Origin: Auanema rhodensis
Taxonomy: Eukaryota > Animalia > Nematoda
Assembly (NCBI GenBank): GCA_964057225.1
Contig: OZ059895.1
Location: 12,090,001-12,154,000, forward strand
Length of the DNA: 64,000 bases
Direction: 5' to 3'
Below the pieces are notes generated by a model. The model did no database searches. It was not told the origin of the DNA and saw only the letters and a list, made by a program, of their open reading frames with translations. Below are positions 35,001-44,700 of this stretch, piece by piece. The position numbers and the translations under genes are program-made. Within the stretch, counting starts at the first letter, position 1. Every line of letters begins with the position of its first letter.

Positions 35001-37886
35001 GAGATAATCGCCTTCGTAGTTGAGTAGACGTGTGGCAAAGTCGCTGATAGTGATTTGCTTGCTGAGTTTTGCCGTGATCTCTGATGGCAGTAGGTGTTCG
35101 ATGGCAATTTTCGTAGAAAGTCGAATCTCAGCTTCTGCAAGTGTGTGCAGGATAACCATGTTGATGTCAGTGTAGTTGTGCCATAAGAGTCGGTTCTTCA
35201 GTTTTGATGAATCTAGTTGTAGGAATTTGATGAAACCTATGTGTACGCTAGATGTCTTGAGATATTCCATAAGGTTATAAGCGTTGTCCAGTCTTTTCCT
35301 ATTTCGATATGTCTGGTACATAGGTAGTATACCTGTAGAACTGTCTGTGAGGCGAAGTGATTTGTAGATAGTGATATTGAAGAATCTCGTAGGGTATTCT
35401 TGGGGTGCCATCCTCTTTTGACGTCGGTGTGTTTTTAAGTCCTTGATGGAAATGTACGTACCACTATCAGTTGAGTAGATGCTTGTATTCATACATCTTG
35501 TAGCTGTAGGGTCTGGCGTGTTGTTTTTGAGAATGAATGCTCCTTGTATTTCCGAGATTAATACAGTATCATTGTTGATTAGTGCTTCGAATTTCCCTAA
35601 TGTCGTGTAGTCGCAATTTCGATGATCATTGGGTGGGATCCATGTGATAACTGCGTTGGTGGTGTTGCATACTCCTTGTTGCTTAGTGCATCCTTCAGTG
35701 TTGATGAATAAGTCGGAGATTATAGTGTCATCGTGTAGGCTAGTCATCATTCCTCTTTCTAAGGTGAATCTTGACTTGGTTGTGCAAGAGGATGCCCAAA
35801 ACGATTTTGATTGTGTACTAGATGGCATAGGGGCTTTGAATAGTCCTGGTGCTTCGCGATTGAGGTCGTTATCCATGTGTCGTCTTTCTTGAATGGCTGT
35901 TTGGCATTCTTGTGGAGTGGCTGGTTCTATTCGGAGTAATGTAACGTTATTTTCCCTGATGAAGAATAAGTCGTGGGCGCACGTTTTATAGATTTCCTTG
36001 GCGCATTTCCATGCTTCCCATTCCTTGTAATTCATATTTTCTGCGAATAGTTCCACTGTTTTTATCTCGACTCCGTCCTTGTGTGCATAGTCTGAGCAGG
36101 TGGTTGGGCGAGGTGGTTCGAGGAAAATACCTCCTCGTTTGCCAATGCAGAGTTGATAGGTGTTGTCTGCCTGGCAAGGTATCATAGATAGGGCGATGAC
36201 GGATAAGAATAGCGGTATGAACGGAAGTGTCTTCTTTGTTTTGATTGTTTCCTTTTCTACTTTGTTAACGTGAAAACGGACGCTGGGGCTTCTTGTGCGA
36301 TCTCTGTGCCTGTTATGTGGTCCATATGAAGTGCTGCGATTTCGTTGTTGAAATCCGCGATCAGGACAGTTTCCGCGGTTGTATCGGTCGTTTCCTCTGT
36401 GCTCCTGTCGATCATTCCTTCTGCTATCATATCGATCGTTTCCTCTGCTGTTGTATCGATCATTGTATCTATCGTACCGTTGGGGGCTACGATAATTGTT
36501 GTATCCTCGTTGATATCCATTGTTTCTGTTATCCTGTCTGAAGTTGTGACGGTTATTTTGTCGATCCTCTTGGTATCTTGGTGAGCGGTATCCTCCTCTT
36601 CTTTGATTCCATTGCTCTTGTGGGTGTTGTGGTCTTGATTGATTTCCATAGAATGTTCTTGATTGGTGTGTTTGTGATCCGTCATAGATTTTCTCCTGTT
36701 GTGATGCTCTCATGTGGTTTATGAGACCGTTATTAATCTCTAGTTGTTCCACGTCTTTAATCAAGTTGTTGACCAAGAGCGAAGGATCCTCGTCAGCTTC
36801 CACAGTTTCGGCAATAGTCACGGCTGCATCAAAGGTGATAGGGCTGCGGTTATTGACATGTGTTCTTAAAGTCTTTCGTAGTCCTCCTAAGAATGAAACT
36901 CGTAGTATTCTTTCATCGGCTGTCGAGTCCATGTTGCATGATTCGTAGGCAAGGTTTCTGCAGCGTTGAGCGAAATTTTGTACCGTTTCGTGCTCTCCTT
37001 GTTTCAAATGAGTGAGTTTTGTGAATGCTGCATCTCTCTTTTCTGGAGGTTGTAATTTCTCCGATAGTATGCGTTTGACGTGGTTCCATCCCTGGCGTAA
37101 GTCTTCTGCTGGTATAGTTCGAAGAGCTTCAGCGGCTCTATCCGTTCCGAGAAGTAGATAGAGATGGGAAAGTCTCTCGGCAATAGGGACTTGAAGGGCA
37201 TCGAAATATCCTTCTAGTCTTTGCATGTAGAGGTTGAATGGAACCGATCCATCATAAAGCGTAGGTTTGTGATGGCGAATAGAAACGTTGTGGGCTCTTG
37301 CAATAGGAGAGTTGTCTTGCTCCATCTGCTCTGCCATTTGAGGGCGACTTCTCTGCTCTGTAACATTCGAAGTCAAATTTACGTTATTGTCTGACGAAGA
37401 AGAGACAGGAGACAGAGAGTGCCCGTGCAAAGATTGATCAGTGGAAGAGGGAGAGTTTCTAGGAATAGGAGAGGTGAGGATTTCCGCATTTGCGGTTTGA
37501 ACAAGGCGTTGAGGAGAAGTGTGATTTGGAGGACAAGTGTTAGTGCCGGTATTAACAACTGTTTTTGGAGAGTGAGAAGAGCGTTTGGGCGTGGATTTAC
37601 TGGATGATGCTTTATTCTTATTCAAGCTAATTGCATGCCTAGTAGTTTTAATAGCAGTAGTATAAAGTTTCTTAGCAGTTAGCGGTGTACCCGGAATAGG
37701 GGGTAATTTCTTTGATTTCGCGTTCGTTTTCGGATATTTCGCATCTGGTCGGAATGCATCCGGTGGTCCTCTTTTTCTTTGGTTTCTATGCAGTGCTGCT
37801 TCCACTGTCTGAGTTTTCTCTGCGCTATTCGTAGCATTTTGGGCAATATTTCCCGGCGGAGGGTTTTGATTCGCTGCGTCAGCCAT
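29043..37886 (-). CDS. Gag-Env(gB/class III-like)-PR-RT-RNaseH-IN polyprotein, 2947 aa
   Basis: Gag capsid-like region (YDGSVPF...FLGGLR), internal signal LPFIPLFLSVIALSMIPCQA, furin-like RRQKR, QINPTIGIR...AKFVG...MPCTPV...KCYLETPV, TM WILRTLAIIGAIIVTIGLITVTIWAL, ALWDTGAS, YLDD, ESDGS, HHCC, MDILGP/TDNG/VER. Confidence 0.97.
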   Translation of the reverse strand: MADAANQNPPPGNIAQNATNSAEKTQTVEAALHRNQRKRGPPDAFRPDAKYPKTNAKSKKLPPIPGTPLTAKKLYTTAIKTTRHAISLNKNKASSSKSTPKRSSHSPKTVVNTGTNTCPPNHTSPQRLVQTANAEILTSPIPRNSPSSTDQSLHGHSLSPVSSSSDNNVNLTSNVTEQRSRPQMAEQMEQDNSPIARAHNVSIRHHKPTLYDGSVPFNLYMQRLEGYFDALQVPIAERLSHLYLLLGTDRAAEALRTIPAEDLRQGWNHVKRILSEKLQPPEKRDAAFTKLTHLKQGEHETVQNFAQRCRNLAYESCNMDSTADERILRVSFLGGLRKTLRTHVNNRSPITFDAAVTIAETVEADEDPSLLVNNLIKDVEQLEINNGLINHMRASQQEKIYDGSQTHQSRTFYGNQSRPQHPQEQWNQRRGGYRSPRYQEDRQNNRHNFRQDNRNNGYQRGYNNYRSPQRYDRYNDRYNSRGNDRYDSRRNDRQEHRGNDRYNRGNCPDRGFQQRNRSTSYGPHNRHRDRTRSPSVRFHVNKVEKETIKTKKTLPFIPLFLSVIALSMIPCQADNTYQLCIGKRGGIFLEPPRPTTCSDYAHKDGVEIKTVELFAENMNYKEWEAWKCAKEIYKTCAHDLFFIRENNVTLLRIEPATPQECQTAIQERRHMDNDLNREAPGLFKAPMPSSTQSKSFWASSCTTKSRFTLERGMMTSLHDDTIISDLFINTEGCTKQQGVCNTTNAVITWIPPNDHRNCDYTTLGKFEALINNDTVLISEIQGAFILKNNTPDPTATRCMNTSIYSTDSGTYISIKDLKTHRRQKRMAPQEYPTRFFNITIYKSLRLTDSSTGILPMYQTYRNRKRLDNAYNLMEYLKTSSVHIGFIKFLQLDSSKLKNRLLWHNYTDINMVILHTLAEAEIRLSTKIAIEHLLPSEITAKLSKQITISDFATRLLNYEGDYLDRARQIAIEIAHTPTTLATGETIPSMEDYLYQLYPPRMTKLPRSRTDTQFYTQMDQIQEFLDYLEQNNRLTRISKEQRETENKKWADLTKQANSSAIVFPNYTLIFNGHAQNYGLPKNQPTIRPITDEDSKLFQQAYLQLIESPGASPTTTTTTTTTTTTSTTTTTAPTTTTHRTSPPQPTTTPRRYYYYQSTTTPVTPPPRPLTTTSRRESTRTLPTTRTTTKRATTTQPIEEIKSHTGSQAHLNFLRTRADIIQKYDDQLRQQDTRSHLQYSTSKLEEEILQSFQITKKNVCRMQTKQLLTWWAILQINPTIGIRTMLRRQDISAKFVGEHLIYVMPCTPVQVTRVYSDHKQRDDKCYLETPVDTEHHGKLFITPGSRDLTPFAHIIACDMATSDPYRENNQWMKDNSTLNVTNFSFSDELTSVKIDHIKFNNSNIFSNLTESTFPMALAISYGSSLASLQATMPGKLKPVFKHSGLSNLNPIGIIGGTVGTTLMIADNISNNAEKQITNFFGYIGESITAWILRTLAIIGAIIVTIGLITVTIWALKIYACTTRIPINQITFNEQDEEPRGEDKQFELKPLVTSQQEKLYTRTSRYDPDAPLSDNDFFAYLPRYAMKESRINYIGGSRLPFVPLSIHNQIFTALWDTGASISYMKESTFQQLPAATMVMEKTTAIVANKSRFSFLGYTRIPTIIGKTEIEHKVLISANNHCPAPILLGIDFIEALNKIGINTSLRPLQNSLLIGDTIVPLAQDYAPWTENHTIAHVVSLETKQFYPGETRSLTLEVDDPASYEQAFIRSSQRTGKMSFAPTTFTPTGYGVQIFATNISPDTIVVQTNQGIGTAYAIPKNTEEQKGQYVPPEARWEDQLPYFPEDFIKDLDVTNTIFTQLERQQLKKIVLRNKEAFLNEDRNIGLFKGPVEHSIPIIEGKVPSFKITYRIPLSQQEEVEKQVEEMLEQGIIEPSFSMTTSPVILVKKKDKTYRFVTDFRALNAITQKQIYVISNIQDILDLAAGARIFSNFDLVSGFFQIPLRSEDRHLTAFTTTSGTYQYCRMPMGLCGAPHTFQNAVRYLQQHVRCKLFVYLDDLLLISESTTKHLQDIDEVLNASAELGLKIKLKKCTFGQQEVKFLGFIVGHEGIKPDPQKVKAIQDYPRPKSITGVRAFMGVVNYFRRFIRNAAGIASPLYELTKKDTAFKWGDAEEQAFQQLKQILCQAPVLQAPIAKRPYVIESDGSIIAVGAVLLQAKDDKEPLHPIAFASRKLNKAERNYPPIEIEALALTFAVHQFRTYILGTPIRIITDHRPLTSLMTRKDLIGRLAKFQILLQEYDIEIVYRPGRLNSVCDALSRYFEDEVNEAKERKKKPKETPTHKISTISTITDLRTIQGNTEWIKETKEKIRNKTAGRQLMDRYIVVNDALYAKPKTALQTPRAILPNDPAITIPIIEKFHKDPILGAHLGINKTQDSILRRYTWTGIQDDITRYVNRCLDCAKRKNNPHEATVEPMRNFPTVTHPWERVHMDILGPLPRTAKDNRYILSIQDAFSKWIIAIPLIRQTSEEIVSAIMTHLFYVFGPPKKIITDNGSNFVSHEFKSMCDNLGSEHHTTMPYYKNANGQVERLHRTLEEALTSYVNDDQDNWDIILPKIVFTMNRLPNATTRTPPYDCLFGQTARLPIDKDLETPGATIKNAPDLHEKIHERIELNNERMKKKYDENHRTQEREIFVENRALVKRAKPANKLQTTSDGPYIIKEIKGNNVILADSEGNTIIAHKNNIRYFPPDDNNVEESEHNRNDSAPAIYSDGSQQDTENTRAKNSTPTTTSISDSESDNEDEFYEQSRPSITPQETIAPQEITRETQQDNYQAETGPNTADKSATDKDENNLFQQLVDKIGEETRQELYEERRKELPTTKRWSSALKLALGIEDKNPITAPKPFHVPIRYNSVIPTLESKNRLTRSQIPDAHFNSPKTPVVRKKRPSTVIGATTTI

Positions 37887-39001
37887 CTTTGTTGGTTTCC
37901 TGGAAGGAAATTATTAACCAACGAAGACTGAGCTTATATTATACAAAACGTAAGAGACAATATGGGGTTGGTATGCGCGACTCCTGTTCCTGTCAGGGGG
38001 CCAGCCTGCAGCGGGTCTCTAGTCGGAGAATAGCCTGGTCAGGTTCATACACGAGTCCGCAACTACGTGTGACCTTTAGCAAAGGACCAAGTTTTTATCT
38101 CTCGAAGAGGCATGAGATATGAGACAGTGGTCTGTGTATTGCTCCTTTTCAGTCATGGACAAGATCAGGTACACAGGCTTCTCATACTCACTTTTCCAGA
38201 CTTCTCTTACCTAAGCAAACCCCCAAAAGACGTTCCCTTTTAACGTTACTTCTGTTCCCCTGGGTCTTGCTAGGTGGGACCACTCAACTTCAAAATATTC
38301 TTTAATTCTCATATGGGACCAAAAGGGTTAATTTCAAATGATTGCGCGTCTTATATCAAAAAGTGTACGCCTCCGCGCGATGTCCCGAGAATGTCTGGTA
38401 TTGTTTCTTACGGGGCTTTCTCATAAAAATGCGTTAGATATCAAGAATAGTGATTTTGTTTATGAATCAATGTTTTCAGAATGATTTATGAATAGATATT
38501 TTCAAAATTTAGCTTGTGATAAGATGTTTTCAAGATGACTTATGGGTAAGTGTTGCAATATGAATAAATGTCTTTAAGATATTTCATGAATTGATAGTTT
38601 TTAATATTATTCGTGGTTAAATATTTTGATATGCTTGTTCCAAAAAGAGTTTTTATGCATTATATGCCTTTAACATACAGGAAAGTAGAGGAATAAAGTA
38701 GGAATATAGATTGTAATAGATAATATGTATGAGACATTTTTTTTTTTTTCAAATAGATATATCAGAAATGATGTTAGAAGAATGATATTTAGAGATAAAT
38801 TCGAATTACTAGATTAAATTGGAGTTTTTGTTTTAGATACAAAATTGACTTGAAAGTTTGAAATATAAAATTTAATTAGAATTTTTGGATATGAAATCAA
38901 GATAAATTTTTAAAGTAAAAAGGATTTCAAAGAAAGAGAAAGTAATTTAAAGGTGAGAAAAGTAGCGGCAATGGTCCATAGAGATTCGTCCCTTATAGAC
39001 G

Positions 39002-39020
39002 AATCTCGGTGGAACCTCCA
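39002..39020 (-). promoter_or_regulatory. PBS, tRNA-Gln
   Basis: TGGAGGTTCCACCGAGATT, complementary to the tRNA-Gln 3' end AATCTCGGTGGAACCTCCA. Confidence 0.9.
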
Positions 39021-39360
39021 CGTTCCATATTGGTTCCTAGGGTTCCGGCTAGGTAACCATATGGACTTTAATAGTGTGAATGCCATTGTAAAAGTAACAG
39101 AGAGTAGAGAAAAAGAAGTTTTATTCAGAATATGGAAATACAATTATAAAAGCAAAATACAATAATCAAATAAATGAAACTACATGTTATGAGAAAGCCA
39201 ACCTAGTTGCTTTCTCAGGGGTTTATATAGCAAAATATTAATTACAAATATAATTGAATTTATACAAAAAGTAGTTCAGGTCTAGTTTCTTATTGAATTC
39301 TATTAACCAAAAGTCGGTTGACGTTGTCAACCGCCTTCTTTATAAGACACGTATGGAACA
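39021..39360 (-). repeat. 5' LTR of Gypsy B
   Basis: Element-sense TGTTCCAT...ATGGAACG. Confidence 0.96.
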
Positions 39361-39432
39361 TAACTAACATGAAATTGGAAAAAAAACAATAACGAGGATA
39401 AGTATGTAAATCATTGAATATCAGATATTTTC

Positions 39433-39547
39433 CCTTACGACCATACCACGTTGAAAGTACGCCATCCCGTCCGATCTGGCAAGTCAAGCAACGTTGAGCC
39501 CGGTTAGTACTTGGATCGGAGACGGCTTGGGAATCCCGGGTGCCGTA
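39433..39547 (+). pseudogene. 5S rRNA gene interrupted by the Maverick (remainder at 54663-54672)
   Basis: 5S nt 1-115 (G1>C), then the TIR; GCCGTA duplicated. Confidence 0.93.
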
Positions 39548-40126
39548 AGTAGAGAGCCATGCCGAATTTACTAACCACGCCCCCAAACAGTTGCTAAAAA
39601 CATACTTTTGAGGGCGTCAGCTGCTAAAAACATACTTTTGGGGGCGTCAGCTGTCAAAATCATATTTTCGGCGTCAGCTGTCAAAAATATACTTATCCTC
39701 CCGAGGCAGGCTCTCGAGCCTGCGCATGGATCAAAATGCAAGATTTTTTTTTTTAAAAGCTTTTTTAAAATTATTTTTTAATCTATTTTTAAATGAATTT
39801 TTATTATTTATATATTTGTTAGTTGTATTTGTAAATATTTTCAAAATTATTTCTTTTTAAATGTATTTTTAATTTTTATATATGTTTTAAATATTATTAT
39901 TTAATTATTTCTTTTTAAATGTATTTTATATATTTTTAAAATATTATTGAAATTATCTCCTTTTAAATGTATTTTTAATATTTATACATTTGAATAAACT
40001 TTTTAATATATATTGTTTTTGTTTTAATTTATAAAATTTTAATATATATAAAAGCTAATAAATATGTTCACCGCACCTCTTATGGGTTAATTAATGGAAC
40101 TCATATCGAAGGTTAATTCGATAAGA
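39548..40126 (+). repeat. Left TIR
   Basis: Reverse complement of 54085-54662 with scattered mismatches. Confidence 0.93.
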
Positions 40127-41495
40127 TATATTTTATATATTTATTTTTTAATTTTTTTTTGTTTACATTGTTTATAGATTGTGGTTATTATAGTTTATAA
40201 TTATTAATTTAACTTTTAAAAAATCTGTTGTTTATGTAGGCGAACCATTTTGTTCACCGTACCTCTTATGGGTAAATCAATGGAACACATATCGAAGGTT
40301 AATTCGATAAGAACGATATGAAATACAAAAGTTAATGGAACACATATCGAAAGTTAATTCGATAAGAACGATATAAAATACAAAAGTTAATGGAACACAT
40401 ATCGAAGGTTAATTCGATAAGATCGTTAAAACAGGTGCACTGACCCACACAAGAACCACATGGCAAACGTTTTGTTCATAAAAATATGATAAATAGCTGT
40501 ACACCACATGTACCAAGTTGTCTAATATTTTCAAATTACATGAAAGAATAGTTTAAAGAACCTTTTTTTTTTAATTTTATATTAGTATATTCTAATATAC
40601 TAACTCAATAAAACACATATCGAAGGTTAATTCGATAGGATTCCCAAACAATTGTTTTGTTTCCAATGGAACACATATCGAAGGTTAATTCGATAAGAAC
40701 GATATGAAATACAAAAGTTAATGGAACACATATCGAAAGTTAATTCGATAAGAACGATATAAAATACAAAAGTTAATGGAACACATATCGAAGGTTAATT
40801 CGATAAGATCGTTAAAACAGGTGCACTGACCCACACAAGAACCACATGGCAAACGTTTTGTTCATAAAAATATGATAAATAGCTGTACACCACATGTACC
40901 AAGTTGTCTAATATTTTCAAATTACATGAAAGAATAGTTTAAAGAACCTTTTTTTTTTAATTTTATATTAGTATATTCTAATATACTAACTCAATAAAAC
41001 ACATATCGAAGGTTAATTCGATAGGATTCCCAAACAATTGTGTTGTTTCCAATGGAACACATATCGAAGATTAATTCGATAAGATCGTTAAAACAGGTGC
41101 GCTGCCCCACACATGTACCACATGGCAAAAGTTTTGTTCATAAAAATATGATAAATAGCTGTACAGCACAAGTACCCATAACGCTAAAGAATACTTACTA
41201 TGCCAAGGGGTCATGGGTATATAGTTTTTAGTATCAAAAATGTTAATGGAACACATATCGAATATCAATTCGATAAGATTGGTGAAACAGATACGTTGAC
41301 CTACAATGAACCAAATGGCAAAGCACTTGTTCATTAAAGTATAACAAATAGCTGTATAGCATATGCATCAAGATTTCTAATATTCTCAAATTACGTGGAA
41401 AGAAGAGTATATAGAAAAAGTTTTAGTGTGTATATTACTAATATTCTAATACCCTAACTCAAAGAACACATATCGAAGATTAATTCGATAAGATT
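40095..41495. repeat. Subterminal repeats of GGAACACATATCGAAGGTTAATTCGATAAGA; ~386-bp tandem duplication
   Basis: Motif recurs more than 10 times; larger units start at 40281, 40667, 41053. Confidence 0.88.
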
Positions 41496-41719
41496 GTTGA
41501 AACAGTTGCGCTGACCACAACAATACATGCGTATTTATTAACAGCGGATTGGCAACTGCCACTGTTGACAGCTGCAATATGATACAATGTTGAGTGTTGG
41601 CAACATTGTTACAATAAAACAACTGACTGTTCTTGCAATGAAGTGTAATATAAATGTGTAAAATGAAATATGGATAACTACCTCTCAGAGTTTGCATAAT
41701 TTTATTCTAACAAGATACA

Positions 41720-44700
41720 ATGGCTGCTAACAGGTTGTGTTTTTTCCTATCTTTTTTTTTTTAATTAAAATATTTATTTTCAGTTATAAGCGTGTATGTG
41801 AAGAGTTGGGGTTCGATTATGAGGAAATTTATCAACTCAGGTAATTTAACAATATTTTTAAAATATACATCTTTGTTTTTTTTAGTAAGCGCATAAAACT
41901 TACCGAGAGTGGTGGTGTTGAGCTGTGTGACCCCGCAATAACCACTTCCAATAGTGGTCCCTCGTCATCAAGGGTTATTGAAGTTATCACCTTGGATGAC
42001 AGCGATAATGAGTAAGCTATCATATAATGAAAAAGCATGAAATTTTTTTTTTCAGAGAATGGAATCCCGAGATGCCATCAACTAGTGGAGAACAATTAGG
42101 AGGCGGTTCATCCTTCAACGATGTTTGTCAAATAAAGGTACGAGCTTTTAACCTTTTTTTTTCATGTTACAATTCTTTTCACTCTATATCTTTTATTTGA
42201 TTACATATCTTGAGCAATTTTGAATTCTGCCATCTATTTTTAAACAAATCATCATACATTTGGTGGCTTTTTGAAAAATAAAATAAAATCTTATCCCAAA
42301 TCCATGCCATAATATCATTTATTAAATTTTTATTCATTAAAATACACTTAAATTTAAATATTTTGATGCTCAAAAACTGACACATTTAAATATTTTGTAT
42401 TTTTCAAATCATTTCACTCCATCTCTTTTATTTAATTTCATATTTAAAACAATTTTAAATTTTTACCACCACTTTATAATTTTTATTTATTAAACTTTTT
42501 AATCATTAAATTACACTTAAATTTAAATATTTTGATGCGCAAAAACAGAAACATTTAAATATTTTGTTTTTTTTCTAAACCATTTCACTCCATCTATTTT
42601 AAACAATTTTATATTTCTACCACTATTTCATAATTTCATTTTTTAAATTTTTAATCATTAAAAAAACATTTAAATTTCAATATTGTGATGCTCAAAAACT
42701 GAAACATGTAATTGATTTATATTTTCTAAGCCATTTCACTTCATCTCTTTTATTTAATCACATATCTTGAACAAATTTAAATTTCTATCACTTTTTCATA
42801 ATTTCGTTTATTAAATTTTTAATCACTAAAAAACATTTAAATTTCAATATTGTGATGCTCAAAAACTGAAACATTTAAATATTTTGTTTTTTCTAAACCA
42901 TTTCACTTCATCTCTTTTATTTATATATATTTTAAACAATTTTATAATTCTACTATTATTTAATTTTTATTTTTTAAATTTTTAAACATTAAAAAAAAAA
43001 ATTGATGCTCAAAAACTGAAACATTTAAATATTTTGTATTTTTCTAATCGTTTTGAAACAAACTAAACATATATTTGAAAACATTTCAATTAAATAAAAA
43101 ATAACGACTATAACAAACAAAGAGACATAATAATTTTAAGCAAAAGATGAAACAATTCATATATATTCTTAAAACTATTTTTATTTAAACTTTTAAAAAT
43201 AAAAATAAAAAAAAGCATGTAAACTGTTATAAATGTTGTTTATTATAGTGGTCACACCGGCGCATAAAACGCACCGGTCGTTTTACCAACGTGGTCGTTC
43301 GATCGCTCACGTTCCCACACTGTTGGAAAATGTTGATGAACCAATGCATGTTATCATGCCGCGGTTATTCAACGAATTCCTTGATCGTTGTCTTGCTGAA
43401 AGCGGTGTGCCTGATAAGCAAAAAGCCTTATTTTTTTTATCAATTGAGCACCCTTCCTTTGAAAAGGGCTCCATATTTATGGACTTTCGTAGAAGGGAGC
43501 ATCTGGATGGCGTAGCCATTATGAATGCCATCAGCAAGGTGCAGCAATCAAAACGAGAGGCTGTGATCAGCCAGGCAATGAATATTGAGATGTATGTGTT
43601 TGATGAAAGGCCAGCGCAGCCAAGCCTGATGCCTGGTGAAGGTAGAGTCGGGTTTTATTTTGACCCCGAACTCAAAATACCTGGAACCATTGCCAACACT
43701 GACTCACATTGTCTGGCTAGATCAGCAGTTGTGGGAATGTGGAAAGCCGACGAGCTGGCCACTGAAGATGGCGATGAGAAGCGAAGGCTGCAAAACCTTC
43801 GTCGCAATTACATCTTATTGCCAAATCAGCCACACCATATCAATTTATTAAATAGGTGTGGTATTTCTGTAGATTTACCAAATTATAATTTAATTCATTT
43901 GAACATTATTGCCAGCTGTAATACAAACTATAAGTTTGTAGTATATGCTAGACCGCCTGGACAGCGTATGTACACTATCCAGAAAATATTTAATGAAGCG
44001 GCTAGCAAATTGGTAACACTAGGTTACCGAAATAATCACTATGATTGTATTACAGCTGGTAGTCGTTCGAAAATTTTTGATGGTATTATATGTCAACACT
44101 GTAAGTTATCTTACAATACAGTGTTGCATAGATGTAAAGCCAAATGTAAAAAATGCCACACCTATAATTGTAATGCGATGGGGAATGTGGTTGAGAGTAG
44201 CGTGAGGTGTGATAGTTGTAGAGTTTTGTTTAAAACTCAACAATGCTTCGATAGGCATTTGCGAAAAGCCTGCCGAAAATTCAAGGTATTTTGTGAAAAT
44301 TTAAAGTTGTACATAACAAGCTTAAATTCAGACATCTGTGGCGTGTGATCACTATCACATGGTCCGTGCTGATAGACCGCACAATTGCAATGAAAAATTC
44401 TGCAAAAAGTGCGGTCAGACAAAGCCTGAAGAGCACTCTTGTTGTTGGGTTCCACCTAACGACAAGAAGAAGGCTCAGCTAAAAAAGAAGCAAGAAAAGT
44501 TCAAGGTTTGTATTTAACATCTTTACAAGTGTAATGCTTACTTGTTTAAGATTATATTTTATGACTTTGAAACAGTTGTGTTAAAAGGCACAAATTTTCA
44601 TGAATATGCAGATGAACAATGGCCCAATATGGTTGTGTATAACAAATTTTGTGAAAGTTGTATAGATGCCAATTCCTGTGAGAAATGCACAACCAAGGAG

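Larger units (their letters stand above)
27622..39360 (-). mobile_element. Ty3/Gypsy LTR element B with Gag-Env-Pol order (intact, recent)
   Basis: 340-bp LTRs, identical by eye; TSD TAAC (27618-27621, 39361-39364); PBS; one uninterrupted 2947-aa ORF. Confidence 0.98.

Noticed and set aside
40095-41495. CRISPR-like array
   Set aside because: Spacers are irregular and themselves duplicated; eukaryotic Maverick subterminus; no cas genes
42175-43050. Nested MITE in the pPolB intron
   Set aside because: No TIRs or TSD found; treated as a tandem repeat
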